Assembly (NCBI GenBank): GCA_965222075.1
Contig: OZ244937.1
Span: forward strand, 4,160,001-4,224,000
Length of the DNA: 64,000 bases
DNA from: Candidatus Latescibacterota bacterium
GTDB lineage: Bacteria > Latescibacterota > UBA2968 > GCA-2709665
Direction of reading: 5' to 3'
Shown piece by piece: positions 29,285-39,661 of the stretch. Position 1 is the first letter of the stretch; each line of letters starts with the position of its first letter. The notes beneath the pieces are model-generated. The model did no database searches. It worked only from the letters and a program-made list of their open reading frames with translations, and had not been told where the DNA came from. Both the position numbers and the translations under genes were made by a program.

Positions 29285-30253
29285 TCAGAACTTCAGTACA
29301 ATCTTAACCGCACGCTCCCTTTCGGGGTGGTCAAACGCCAGTTCGAACGCCTCCTGGATCTCCCCGAAGGGCCGCACGTGGGTCAGCATCGGGCGCACAT
29401 CCAGCCGTCCCTGCGTAATCCAGTCTAAGGCAATCGTGTAGTCCACCTCCGGGTTGGGTCCCACAGATGTCACAATACGCAGCTCCTTGCTGAACATCTC
29501 CTTAAAGCGCAGGGTCATAATCCCTTCGGGGTTCTCCTTGTTTGGAACCCCGAAATAAACCAGCGTCCCGTTGCGGCACGTCAGCCTCCCGCACAGGTTA
29601 AACGTCTCCTCCCTGCCCACCGCCTCCACAACGAGGTCCGCCATCTGTCCCCCCGTGATATCCGACACCGCCTCTACCGCATCGCGCTCAGCCGGGTTGA
29701 CCGTGTGCGTCGCCCCCATCGTCTGCGCAGCCTCCAGCCGGTGGACCAGCGGATCGACTCCGACAATATACTTCGCCCCCAGGTTGCGCAGCGTCGCATT
29801 GAAAAGCTGTCCAACAGGACCCTGGCCCACCACCACCGCCTTCTGGTTGATCACGTTCCCCAGCTTGTAGAAACAGTGAATCACCGTACCCAGCAACTGG
29901 CTCATCAGCACGACCTCAGGCTCGAAATTCTCCGGCAGCTTTATGCACCCCCGGGGATCGGCCAGTACGTACTCCTGAAAAAGCCCCCGATCGAACCCCC
30001 ACAGAAGCACCCGGTCCCCCTCCCGGAAGGCTCCCGAAGGGCAGGCCTCCACAATTCCCAGACCTTCGTGTCCCGTGCTTCCGGGGGAAAGCAAGTAGGA
30101 GGGACTGATCCCGCAAAACGCCGGCTTATCCGTCCCGCAGATTCCCACTCGCTCCAGGCGCACGAGCATCAGATCGTCCGTAGCCTCCGGTTTCTCCACC
30201 TCGACAATCTCCCACTTCCGCGGCGCAACCAGTTGAGCTGCTCTCATCGGCAC
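29285..30253 (-). CDS. Zinc-binding (MDR) dehydrogenase, short form without the structural Zn lobe
   Basis: GICGTD, GHE and GQGPVG. Confidence 0.88.
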   Translation of the reverse strand: MPMRAAQLVAPRKWEIVEVEKPEATDDLMLVRLERVGICGTDKPAFCGISPSYLLSPGSTGHEGLGIVEACPSGAFREGDRVLLWGFDRGLFQEYVLADPRGCIKLPENFEPEVVLMSQLLGTVIHCFYKLGNVINQKAVVVGQGPVGQLFNATLRNLGAKYIVGVDPLVHRLEAAQTMGATHTVNPAERDAVEAVSDITGGQMADLVVEAVGREETFNLCGRLTCRNGTLVYFGVPNKENPEGIMTLRFKEMFSKELRIVTSVGPNPEVDYTIALDWITQGRLDVRPMLTHVRPFGEIQEAFELAFDHPERERAVKIVLKF

Positions 30254-30286
30254 CTGCCTTTCTCTGCGTCTTTAATCTGTGATTCG

Positions 30287-31549
30287 CTATTCCCACACCG
30301 GCCAATCCGTCTGCTGCAGCCGTGTCCATATCCTGTCGAATTTCTCGCTCCCGTCGTCTTCCCACTCGTCCAGCCGCACGTCCGGCGCGAACGACTCGTC
30401 CACCCCCTGCTTCATCAGCCGCTCGGCCTGCTGTAAATTCCGGTAATAGTGTTTGATCCCGCCCGGCAGGCTCACCACCGAAACATGCCGGAGCCAGTCC
30501 ACCGCAGGTGTTCGGGCATACCGCGCCACTGCATCCTCGTCCAGTTCCACCCCCAGCCCCGGTTCCTCCGGCACCTTCATAAACCCCCGCTGCACCGCGT
30601 GCGCCTCCACAATCAGATCGTCCTGGTACGTGTGGGAAGCCGTCACTCCCGGCAGCGTCGCCGTGGGCATCACCGCCCCCATCTGGCAGGCGAACGCCGT
30701 CGTAATCCCCGTGCCCACGTACTGCAGCAGAATCGGCGTGTTCGCCGCTGCGAACACCCAGCCCGCAGCCAGCGCGTTTCCAATCTGCTCGTGGCTGCAA
30801 AGCGCCCCCTCAAAATCCCCGGCCCGCAGCCCGGTCCACGGCCCCGAAGGCTGCCGCGACGCCGGCTCGCACAGCACCCCTACCCCGTGCAGGTAAAACG
30901 GAATCCGCACCTCCCTGTGCAGCCGCCGCCACCCCTCGATATCGTAGGCAAAAATCGGCTCCTCCACCCCCTTCACCACCGGAAACCGCTCAAGCTGCCG
31001 CAGCACCGGCAGCGCCTTCTCCACGCAGATCAGCGCCCCGTTAAAATCGAACTCCACCCGAAAATCCGGGGGCGCGACCTCCTGGATCGCCTGCGCACAT
31101 TCCACCACATCGTAAAACGCCCGCGCCTTGCACTTCAGCCCCCGGTAGCCCCGTTCTGCGGCCACCTCGACCTCCACCGCCGTATCCTCCGGAGACATCG
31201 AAGGCATCCACCAGCCCATCGCTACCCACTGCCTTGCCTGCTGTCCCATCAGCTTCCATGCCGGCAGCCTGAGGTGTTTGCCCATCAGATCGTAGCAGGC
31301 CATATCCAGATTGAACGACCCCTGCCCCATTACATGGTCGAACGGATCGGTGCCCAGATAGGCGTCCAGCGCCTCCTGTCCGTAAGGCGGCCCCACCTTT
31401 TCCCCCAGACCGACCAGACCGGTATCGGTATGAAACTTATAAACCGTCACCTCTTCCGTCATCGCAAAATGGTAAAACCGTTTCCGAATCCGTTCCTCGT
31501 AGGGCACGCGCAGGGCGATCGGTTCGATCTCGGTGATTTTCATCATCAT
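30287..31549 (-). CDS. Mandelate racemase/muconate lactonising enzyme (enolase superfamily)
   Basis: TDTGLVGLGE, KCK, DFN, EEP and PGLGVELD. Confidence 0.87.
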   Translation of the reverse strand: MMMKITEIEPIALRVPYEERIRKRFYHFAMTEEVTVYKFHTDTGLVGLGEKVGPPYGQEALDAYLGTDPFDHVMGQGSFNLDMACYDLMGKHLRLPAWKLMGQQARQWVAMGWWMPSMSPEDTAVEVEVAAERGYRGLKCKARAFYDVVECAQAIQEVAPPDFRVEFDFNGALICVEKALPVLRQLERFPVVKGVEEPIFAYDIEGWRRLHREVRIPFYLHGVGVLCEPASRQPSGPWTGLRAGDFEGALCSHEQIGNALAAGWVFAAANTPILLQYVGTGITTAFACQMGAVMPTATLPGVTASHTYQDDLIVEAHAVQRGFMKVPEEPGLGVELDEDAVARYARTPAVDWLRHVSVVSLPGGIKHYYRNLQQAERLMKQGVDESFAPDVRLDEWEDDGSEKFDRIWTRLQQTDWPVWE

Positions 31550-31592
31550 GCTCCTTTGAAATGGCGGGCGGGCGCAACGTCGTGGAAAATTT

Positions 31593-31620
31593 TTGACATC
31601 GCATGCTTCTTGTGTATATT
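31593..31620 (+). promoter_or_regulatory. Putative sigma-70 promoter for the sulfatase
   Basis: TTGACA-N16-TATATT. Confidence 0.5.
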
Positions 31621-31813
31621 GGGCCTAACCCCCTGTCTCCCTTCCCGAAAGGGAGAGCCTCCTAACAGACATCTGTGACGGACAACTTACGTTCTTCCTT
31701 CCACAAACGGTTCTCAATGCCCGTAAGCATTGGGGTCCTGCACCGATCGTACCCGAAGCACGGCGTTCCGGTCTTCCACAAGGCCAAACGAAAATTTTTC
31801 AAAGAGGTCCTCC

Positions 31814-33262
31814 ATGGCAAACCGACCCAATATCCTGATGTTTCTGCCCGACGGCATGCAGGCGCAGGTCGTCCGGCCCGGCCACGACTGTCAGACCCCC
31901 AGCTTCGACCGCCTGGCCGAACGCGGCATCCGCTTCAACCGCGCCCACACGCCCTTGCCCACCTGCTCTCCTGCCCGCGCCAGCCTCATGACCGGCCTGC
32001 TGCCCCACAACCACGGCGTCCTCCAGGTGGAACACTGTGTGGACGACGACCAGTGTGTGCTTCGCACCCGGCACCCCCACTGGGCGCAGCGGCTAAGCGA
32101 GGTCGGCTACCGCACCGGCTACTTTGGCAAGTGGCACATCGAACGCACCAACCGGCTGGAAGACTTCGGGTGGCAGGTCAACGGCTGCGACGCGGCCGCC
32201 GCGTTTCGCGCCCTTGGTGAGGGTGTCGCCAGCACCGAGCAACTCCTGGACGACAACAGCCTGGTCGGGTACAAAACCGGTCCCGAAGGGTACAAGCCGG
32301 TCCTGCACTACGGCGTCACCGAGGTCCCCTCCGAACAGCGCAGCTTCAGCATCACCACGCAGCTCGCGCAGGAATTCCTGACCGAATCTTTCGAATGTGA
32401 CGACCCCTGGGCCTGCTGCGTCAGCTTCCCCGAGCCCAATGTCCCCGTCATCGCCGGCCGCGAGGCCTTCGAGCAATACGATGTCGACGCCATCAAACTC
32501 CCCGAAAACCTGCACGACGACTTTGCGGGCAGCCCTGCCTTCTATCGCCGTCAAAAAGAGATCTTCAAAAATATCTCCGAGCAGCAGTGGCGCGAGTCTC
32601 GGGCGGTCTACTACGCCCTCATCTCCGAGTTGGACCAGCAATTCGGCAAACTCCTGGACCTGCTCGAAGCGGCCTGCCAGCTCGACAACACCGTGGTCAT
32701 CGCCGTCAGCGACCACGGCCGTTACATGGGCGCGCACGGCTTCGACGCGCACAACTACGGCGCTTTTGAAGAGATCTACAACATTCCCCTCATCGTCGCC
32801 GGACCGGGTGTTGCGGAAGGCGTAGACACCGACGCCCTCGTCTCCTTCCACGACCTGGGCCCCACCCTGCTCGACTTGGCGGGCGCCGAACCGATCGATG
32901 TGCCCGACTCGAAATCCTTCGTCCCCCTGCTTGCGGACCCGGCTGCCGGTGCGCCCAACTTCAACACCGGCTATGCCGAATTCTACGGCACGCGCTTTCT
33001 CATGACCCAGCGCATCCTCTGGCAGGGCCCCTGGAAATTCGTCTTTAACGGCTTCGACTACGACGAACTCTACAACCTGAACGACGACCCCCACGAACTG
33101 AACAACCTGGGCAACGATCCCGTGCACCGGGACCGCATCCGGGCGATGATGGCCGACATCTGGCGCATCGTCCGCGACACCGGAGACCGCGCCCTCTTAG
33201 AAACCCACTACTCCCCCATGCGCTTCGGGCTTGTGGGTCCTGACGTGGTCAAAGACGGGTAA
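31814..33262 (+). CDS. Sulfatase-like hydrolase (Cys-type)
   Basis: RPNILMFLPD, CSPARASLMTG, GKWH and SDHG; GAGG RBS. Confidence 0.92.
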   Translation: MANRPNILMFLPDGMQAQVVRPGHDCQTPSFDRLAERGIRFNRAHTPLPTCSPARASLMTGLLPHNHGVLQVEHCVDDDQCVLRTRHPHWAQRLSEVGYRTGYFGKWHIERTNRLEDFGWQVNGCDAAAAFRALGEGVASTEQLLDDNSLVGYKTGPEGYKPVLHYGVTEVPSEQRSFSITTQLAQEFLTESFECDDPWACCVSFPEPNVPVIAGREAFEQYDVDAIKLPENLHDDFAGSPAFYRRQKEIFKNISEQQWRESRAVYYALISELDQQFGKLLDLLEAACQLDNTVVIAVSDHGRYMGAHGFDAHNYGAFEEIYNIPLIVAGPGVAEGVDTDALVSFHDLGPTLLDLAGAEPIDVPDSKSFVPLLADPAAGAPNFNTGYAEFYGTRFLMTQRILWQGPWKFVFNGFDYDELYNLNDDPHELNNLGNDPVHRDRIRAMMADIWRIVRDTGDRALLETHYSPMRFGLVGPDVVKDG

Positions 33263-33380
33263 AGATAGGCACCGCGCACCGAAAGATGCAACGTCTTTCA
33301 GAAGAGGCCCTCATCTCCCAATCCCTTCTTGGGTTTGTTTACTCACGCTGCTTCACCCCTACCAGACGACGGGAGTCCCC

Positions 33381-36134
33381 ATGAAAACCCTTTACCTCTT
33401 AGACGGCATGGCCCTGGTCTACCGCGCCCACTTCGCCCTTATCCGCAACCCGCGCATGTCCTCCACCGGCATGAACACCTCCACCCTCTTCGTCCTCACC
33501 TCCACCCTCCTGGACATCTTCAACAATGCCCAACCCACGCATATTGCCGCCGTCTTCGACACCCCCGAGCCTACCCATCGTCACAAATGCTTCCCCGAAT
33601 ACAAAGCCCAGCGAGAGGCCATGCCCGAGGATCTCAGTGCAGCCCTTCCCTACGTCTTCCGCCTGTGCGAAGCGTTCAACCTCCCCGTCCTCCGGATACC
33701 GGGCTGGGAAGCCGACGACCTCATCGGCACCTTAGCCAAACAGGCCGAAGCGCAGGGCTTCACGACTTATATGGTAACCCCCGACAAAGACTACGGCCAG
33801 CTCGTCTCCGAGAAAACTTTCATCTGCAAGCCCGGCCGCACCGGCAGCGACGCCGAGATCCAGGGCATCCCGGAAATCCTTGACCGGTGGAAGATCGAGC
33901 GCGTCGAGCAGGTCATCGACATCCTCGGCCTGATGGGCGACAGCAGCGACAATGTCCCCGGCGTGCCGGGCATTGGCGAGAAGACCGCCCAGAAACTCAT
34001 CGCCGAATACGGCAGCATCGAAAACCTCTTAGACCACGTTGATGAGCGAAAGGGCAAACAGAAGGAAAACCTGAAGACCTACCGCGAACAGGCCCTCCTC
34101 TCCAAAGCATTGGTCACCATCGAACGCAGCGTCTCCTTAGACATGAGCCTGTCGGACTTAGAGCGAAAAGACTGGGACGGCGAACGCCTCAAAGCCCTCT
34201 TCCTCGAACTCGAATTCAACACCCTGGGCAAACGTCTCTTCGGCGAAAACTTCCAGGCCACCCCCACGCGGGCCGTGGCATCCGAATCGGGCGAGGCAAA
34301 GCAGACCGATCCGCCCCTCAAGACCATCCACGACACGCCGCACGACTACCGTCTCGTCAACAATCCCGACGCCCGGAAGGACCTGATCGGTAAACTGAAC
34401 CTGCGGTCCGCCTTCTGCTTCGACATCGAAACCACCGGCCTGGATCCCAAAACGTGCGCCCTCATCGGCCTGGCCTTCTCCTTTGAAGCCCGCACCGGTT
34501 TCTACGTCCCCTTCCCCGAAGACCGGGATGAGGCGCAGACGATCCTCGAGGAATTCTGCCCTGTCCTTGAGGATCCGGCCATTGAAAAGATCGGCCACAA
34601 CCTCAAATTCGACCTCAGCGTCCTGCGCTGGCACAACATCATGGTGCATGGCCGCTTCTTCGACACCATGCTGGCCGCCCACCTGGCCGTGCCCGACCTG
34701 CGCCGCACCATGGACTACCTCGCCCAGGCCCTGCTCGGCTACCGGCCCATTCCCATATCCGACCTCATTGGAGAGCGGGGTGAGAACCAGCTCAACCTGC
34801 GCGACGTCCCCTTAGACAAAATCACCGAATACGCCGCCGAAGACGCCGACATCACCCTCCAGTTGTGCGAGGTCCTCAGGCCCCTGATAGCCGAAAAAAA
34901 CCAGGGACAGGTCTTCGACGGTGTGGAATGCCCCCTCATCCCGGTGCTCGTAGACATGGAATACGAAGGCATCCGCATGGATGTGGACGTCTTGCAGAGC
35001 CTCTCGAAAGACTTGAGCGACGAGATCAAAAGCACGGCCGAGTCCATTTTCGAACTGGCCGACGAACGCTTCAACCTCAACTCGCCCCAGCAACTGGGCA
35101 CGATCTTATTCGAAAAGCTCCAACTCGATCCCTATGCCCGCCGCACGCAGAAAACCGGGCAGTTTCAGACCAGCGAACAGGTCCTGCGGCGTTTGGCCCC
35201 CAGGCACGAAATCGTGGAAAAGGTCCTTCACTACCGGATGTGCACCAAGCTCACATCGACCTACGTGGACATACTGCCCGGCTCCGTCTTCAAGGGCACC
35301 GGCCGCGTCCACACCCACTATGAGCAGGCCGTCACCGCCACCGGCCGCCTCCAGTCCCACGGCCCAAACTTGCAGACCATCCCCATTCGTACCGACATGG
35401 GCCGCAAGATCCGCAGGGCCTTCGTCTCCCGCAGCGACGCGTATGTCCTGCTCTCCGCCGACTATTCGCAGATCGAACTCCGCATCGTCGCGGAACTGAG
35501 CGGAGATGCGGGCATGGTCGAAGTCTTCCATACCGGCGGCGACATCCACACTGCAACGGCGATGAAAATCTACGGCGTGGATGAAAAAAACGCCTCCGCC
35601 GACATGCGGCGCAAAGCCAAAACCGTCAACTTCGGCATCATCTACGGCATCTCCCCCTTCGGTCTGGCCGAGCGCTTAGACATCCCCCGCTTCCAGGCGG
35701 CCGACCTCATTGAACAGTATTTTGCGCAATACCCCGGCGCCCGCCGCTACATGGACGAAACCGTCGCCTTTGCCCAGGAACACGGCTACGTCGAAACCAT
35801 CACCGGCCGCCGCCGCTACCTGCGCGACATCAACTCCCGCAACGCCACGGCCCGCAAGGGGGCCGAACGCAACGCCATCAACGCCCGCATCCAGGGCACC
35901 GCGGCCGACATGATCAAGATCGCGATGAGCGCCATCCACCCTGAATTTCAAAAGCGCGGCCTCAAGTCCAGAATGCTCCTTCAGGTCCACGACGAACTCC
36001 TCTTCGACCTCCACAAAGACGAAATGGACACCGTGCCTCCCTTAGTCGAAGAAGCCATGAAAAACGCCATTCCGATGGAGGTGCCCATTGTGGTGGAGAT
36101 GGGTACGGGAAACAACTGGCTGGATGCGCATTGA
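33381..36134 (+). CDS. polA: DNA polymerase I
   Basis: LLDGMALVYRAH, EADD, DIETTG, GHNLKFD, ADYSQIELR, AKTVNFGIIYG and QVHDEL. Confidence 0.98.
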   Translation: MKTLYLLDGMALVYRAHFALIRNPRMSSTGMNTSTLFVLTSTLLDIFNNAQPTHIAAVFDTPEPTHRHKCFPEYKAQREAMPEDLSAALPYVFRLCEAFNLPVLRIPGWEADDLIGTLAKQAEAQGFTTYMVTPDKDYGQLVSEKTFICKPGRTGSDAEIQGIPEILDRWKIERVEQVIDILGLMGDSSDNVPGVPGIGEKTAQKLIAEYGSIENLLDHVDERKGKQKENLKTYREQALLSKALVTIERSVSLDMSLSDLERKDWDGERLKALFLELEFNTLGKRLFGENFQATPTRAVASESGEAKQTDPPLKTIHDTPHDYRLVNNPDARKDLIGKLNLRSAFCFDIETTGLDPKTCALIGLAFSFEARTGFYVPFPEDRDEAQTILEEFCPVLEDPAIEKIGHNLKFDLSVLRWHNIMVHGRFFDTMLAAHLAVPDLRRTMDYLAQALLGYRPIPISDLIGERGENQLNLRDVPLDKITEYAAEDADITLQLCEVLRPLIAEKNQGQVFDGVECPLIPVLVDMEYEGIRMDVDVLQSLSKDLSDEIKSTAESIFELADERFNLNSPQQLGTILFEKLQLDPYARRTQKTGQFQTSEQVLRRLAPRHEIVEKVLHYRMCTKLTSTYVDILPGSVFKGTGRVHTHYEQAVTATGRLQSHGPNLQTIPIRTDMGRKIRRAFVSRSDAYVLLSADYSQIELRIVAELSGDAGMVEVFHTGGDIHTATAMKIYGVDEKNASADMRRKAKTVNFGIIYGISPFGLAERLDIPRFQAADLIEQYFAQYPGARRYMDETVAFAQEHGYVETITGRRRYLRDINSRNATARKGAERNAINARIQGTAADMIKIAMSAIHPEFQKRGLKSRMLLQVHDELLFDLHKDEMDTVPPLVEEAMKNAIPMEVPIVVEMGTGNNWLDAH

Positions 36135-36259
36135 AAATCCACCGCGGAGATGCGGAGATCGCAGAGCGGGTGGTTGTTGATTCTGGTTCTTTTCTGTTAT
36201 CCTCCAGCACACGATTATTGACGAGGAGACAATGGGACACTCCCGATTAACGGTCTTCT

Positions 36260-39200
36260 CTACTCCCGCTTTAGTGCGGGAAGCAGTGGGATCCGCATTG
36301 CCAGGTAGGCCGCGGCGGCGCTGGACAGGATGCCGATGAGAAATACCAGCGCCAGGGTGAGCAAAAGCGATGTCCAGGGTACCGACACGCCGGGGGCCAT
36401 CAGGTGGGGGGCGACGGCAAGGAGTGCGGACAGCGCGCCGATGAGCAGGCCGATGAGCAGGAGAAAACCGTTTTCCGCAAGCAGCATGGTGGATAGGGTG
36501 GACCGGCGAAATCCGAAGGCCCGGAGGGTTGCGAGTTCGCCCCGGCGTTCCATCACGTTTCTCAAGAGGATGATTCCCAGGCCGATTGTGCCAAGAACCA
36601 ACCCCAGCCCGCCCAGCGTCTGGAAGGTGGACAGGTAGGTGTTTTCAACGGCCTGATAGCCGGCGAGTTTTTGGGTTGTTGAGGTTGCGTCGTAGCCGAA
36701 ATTTCGCAGCCTGCTTTCCAGAATTGCTGACAGTTGTTCGACATTTTCCGGAGGGGTCTGAACCAGGAAATAGCGATATCCGCTCTGGTTGGAAAAGTGC
36801 TTGAGAAAATTGGATTCGGAAATCAACAGTTCGCTTTGAAAGATGCTTGTTTGCAGGAGCCCGACCAGACGCAGTTTCACTTCCTCGCCCGCACTGTTGT
36901 AAAGGAGGATGTCCTCGCCCAGGCCGAGGTGTAAAATCCACACCACCGAGTTGAAATCCCCGATGGCCGGAAGGACGCCCGGTTCCAGATCTTGTTCAAG
37001 CAACTCCCACGGATTGCCTATCTCCTCTGTTGTCTGCTGAAACCGAAACCCGCCCCGGCGGATGAGTTCGTTGGGGACTCCCAGGACTCGGGGCGTTTGG
37101 GGCCGGTAGAGGTTCAGGCAACTGACATCCTCTCCCGGTAAGGCCCGAAAGGGCAAAATTTGAGCCCGGTTTAAGGTTTCGGCGTCTGCTTCGGAAAACC
37201 CCAGTTCGAACCGTCCCGTTTCGGTATTTAAATCGTGATGCAGGGGGATGTCGGCCTGCGCCACCAGTGCGAATCCCCCCGTACCGGCATCTTTTTCCAA
37301 GAGGGTGCGGCCGGACGGCTCAGCGCGGCGGTTGGCCCCCACGGCGACGATGACGAAGCAGGCGCAGCCGATGAGCGCCGCACAGAGGAGGCTCCGGCCG
37401 GGATGCCGGGCGCTGTTTCTGATGCCGATACGGGCGATACGGGCGACCCCGAATGGGGCGTCCTTTTCTTTTTTTTCACGGCGGAACCACAAAGCGGCAA
37501 AACTCAGTCCGGCAATGAGGAGGAGCGCGCCACTGCCGAAAAATAAGCCCACGGAGGCTGTTGTATCCGCAGCCAGTCCGGCCGCCATCAAAGCCACGGC
37601 CAGCCCCAGGCTGGCAAAAGCGTAGATCTGCGGTTTGCGCCCGGACGCGGAGCGGTCCAGAGTGGTTGCGCCCTCCAGCAACGCACGCACGGGTACCCTG
37701 CCGAGCTGGCGTACGGTCCGCCAGATGGAGAACAGGACGACGGCTGTTGAGATCAGGTATCCCAGGGCCAGGCTGGAGGGGGTCATGTAAAGGGATAAGA
37801 ACGGGGTGCCGACCGCCGACACCCACCAGGTCCGAAGGCCCACGATCATCAGCCACGCATAAAAGGCAGCGCCTGCCAGGCCCAGCAGGCCGCCGGAACC
37901 GGCAAGGATGGCGGCCTCAGACATAAACCGCCTGCGGATTGCCGCAAGCGGGTGACCCGAGGCCAGCAGAATGCCCACCTCTTTCGCCCGCTGCTCCACG
38001 CCAAGGCGGAAGAGCAGGCCGACCAGAAGGGCGGCGGAGACGATGAGGAACTGGCTGAATCCGATAAAGAGCACGCTGAAGTCGGTTGCGCCCGAAGCGG
38101 CGCTTAGGCCCCGAGCTTTGACCGGCTGAAATTCCAGGCCCACCTGTTCGGGACGGATTTTTCTGAGCAGATCTGCTTGAAAATTCGCCAGGGTGGTAGA
38201 TACGTCCAATCCGGGCGAGGCGCCGATCCGGACCGCGCTGATCGTGCCAAATCGACTGCGCCACAACCGCTGGCCTGTTTCCTCCGACACAAAGGCTTTC
38301 GGAGCGGCGCCAAACGTATCCCAGTACGCTTCATCCCGGGAACGTATGCGATTGAGGTCCACAGGGAAAGGCGCTTTCCAGGCCGACATGTTGTCCGCGT
38401 CCTGAATTCCAGGGAATTCCGGGGTCAACTTCGGATCCGCTGCCATGCCCTCTAAGGCCACGGTTCCCTTTAAACGAAATGACGCGCGTCTGGTAAATAA
38501 TTGCTCTCTGGGGCCGACCAGAAAGTACGTGAGTTCAATCCTGTCTTCGACCCGCACGCTTAGATCGTTCGCCGCCCACGCGTTGAGGAGAATTTCATCC
38601 TCACCCAGTTGAGGCACGGGCGAACCATCGGTCAGTTTGAATGTACCGAAGGGCGCAGAGGCGGTGTTTTTTTCCGCCGCTCCGTAGTTCAGCGCTGTGA
38701 CCGTGGAATAGGGGATTTCGCGATCGCCTGCGCTTATGGTGTTGGCCAGGTAGGTCAGAACGGGCAGGAATGGCGTGCGGTGCGTCGATGCGAGCGTTTT
38801 GATGGTTTTTACGATATCGGGCTTGAGGATAAACTGTGTGCTTTCTATGGAGAAATAATCGGGCTGCTCATAGAAGACCAGGCCGATGTCATCCAGGTGT
38901 AGAACGCGGGAAAGGGCCGCCTGCAGATCCTGTGGACGCGTATTTTCATCCCGGCGGGACACCAGGATGGCGTTTACCCGGCCGCGCTGTCCAAGCGTTT
39001 TTTGCAGAACGGGGAGAGAGACGAAGGCATTTAGCGGAAGGCTCTGGTGAGACCACAGGCCGAACCGGCCCATGCCCCGGTCTGGAATGACGTGCGTGAG
39101 GGTGAGGCGGAGGGTCTGAACGGTCTGCGAGGCGCCTTCACGGCCGAACAAGAATTCACGGTGGATGTCGCTTGGCCTTTCAAATGAGAGCAGGATCGGG

Positions 39201-39661
39201 TCGCCCACGTGGGCGTTCAGTTCCTTCTGGAGGGATTGGTTGATGATGACCGGCGGGAAGACCTGATTCTGTTTGCCGGGCAAAAAAAGGCCCGGTTGCT
39301 CTGTACCGGGACCGGGTTTAAAAAGCGCGGCAAACCGATGGTCGATGCCCTGAATCTGGACGCGAGAGGCCCGGGAGCGGGTGCTTGCGTTTACCGCGGA
39401 TCCACCCAGAAAAATGGCGGGCACCGCATGCTTTCCAAAGGCGGATTCGCCGGAGAGGTCGGTCGCCAGTTCGGAGCGGAAAAAGCGCGTTGAGACGAGG
39501 ATGTCGTCGATGCGGCCCAACCGCTCCAGGGAGAGGTTCCGCAGGCTGCCCCGGACCGAATCGCCTACCAGCAATGCGCCGGAGAGCACCGAGGTTGCCA
39601 CGGCTGCACCCAGGACCACCGCGAGGTGGATCTGCCAGAAGTGGGTTAGACTTCGACGCAT
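36260..39661 (-). CDS. Large ABC transporter permease with duplicated FtsX/MacB domains
   Basis: 1133 aa; GALLVGDSVRGSL, EQRAKEVGILLASG and ERRGELATLRAFGF. Confidence 0.9.
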   Translation of the reverse strand: MRRSLTHFWQIHLAVVLGAAVATSVLSGALLVGDSVRGSLRNLSLERLGRIDDILVSTRFFRSELATDLSGESAFGKHAVPAIFLGGSAVNASTRSRASRVQIQGIDHRFAALFKPGPGTEQPGLFLPGKQNQVFPPVIINQSLQKELNAHVGDPILLSFERPSDIHREFLFGREGASQTVQTLRLTLTHVIPDRGMGRFGLWSHQSLPLNAFVSLPVLQKTLGQRGRVNAILVSRRDENTRPQDLQAALSRVLHLDDIGLVFYEQPDYFSIESTQFILKPDIVKTIKTLASTHRTPFLPVLTYLANTISAGDREIPYSTVTALNYGAAEKNTASAPFGTFKLTDGSPVPQLGEDEILLNAWAANDLSVRVEDRIELTYFLVGPREQLFTRRASFRLKGTVALEGMAADPKLTPEFPGIQDADNMSAWKAPFPVDLNRIRSRDEAYWDTFGAAPKAFVSEETGQRLWRSRFGTISAVRIGASPGLDVSTTLANFQADLLRKIRPEQVGLEFQPVKARGLSAASGATDFSVLFIGFSQFLIVSAALLVGLLFRLGVEQRAKEVGILLASGHPLAAIRRRFMSEAAILAGSGGLLGLAGAAFYAWLMIVGLRTWWVSAVGTPFLSLYMTPSSLALGYLISTAVVLFSIWRTVRQLGRVPVRALLEGATTLDRSASGRKPQIYAFASLGLAVALMAAGLAADTTASVGLFFGSGALLLIAGLSFAALWFRREKKEKDAPFGVARIARIGIRNSARHPGRSLLCAALIGCACFVIVAVGANRRAEPSGRTLLEKDAGTGGFALVAQADIPLHHDLNTETGRFELGFSEADAETLNRAQILPFRALPGEDVSCLNLYRPQTPRVLGVPNELIRRGGFRFQQTTEEIGNPWELLEQDLEPGVLPAIGDFNSVVWILHLGLGEDILLYNSAGEEVKLRLVGLLQTSIFQSELLISESNFLKHFSNQSGYRYFLVQTPPENVEQLSAILESRLRNFGYDATSTTQKLAGYQAVENTYLSTFQTLGGLGLVLGTIGLGIILLRNVMERRGELATLRAFGFRRSTLSTMLLAENGFLLLIGLLIGALSALLAVAPHLMAPGVSVPWTSLLLTLALVFLIGILSSAAAAYLAMRIPLLPALKRE

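Noticed and set aside
36137-36168. CCACCGCGGAGATGCGGAGATCGCAGAG after polA as a repeat family
   Set aside because: Only one copy in the window, so it cannot be supported.
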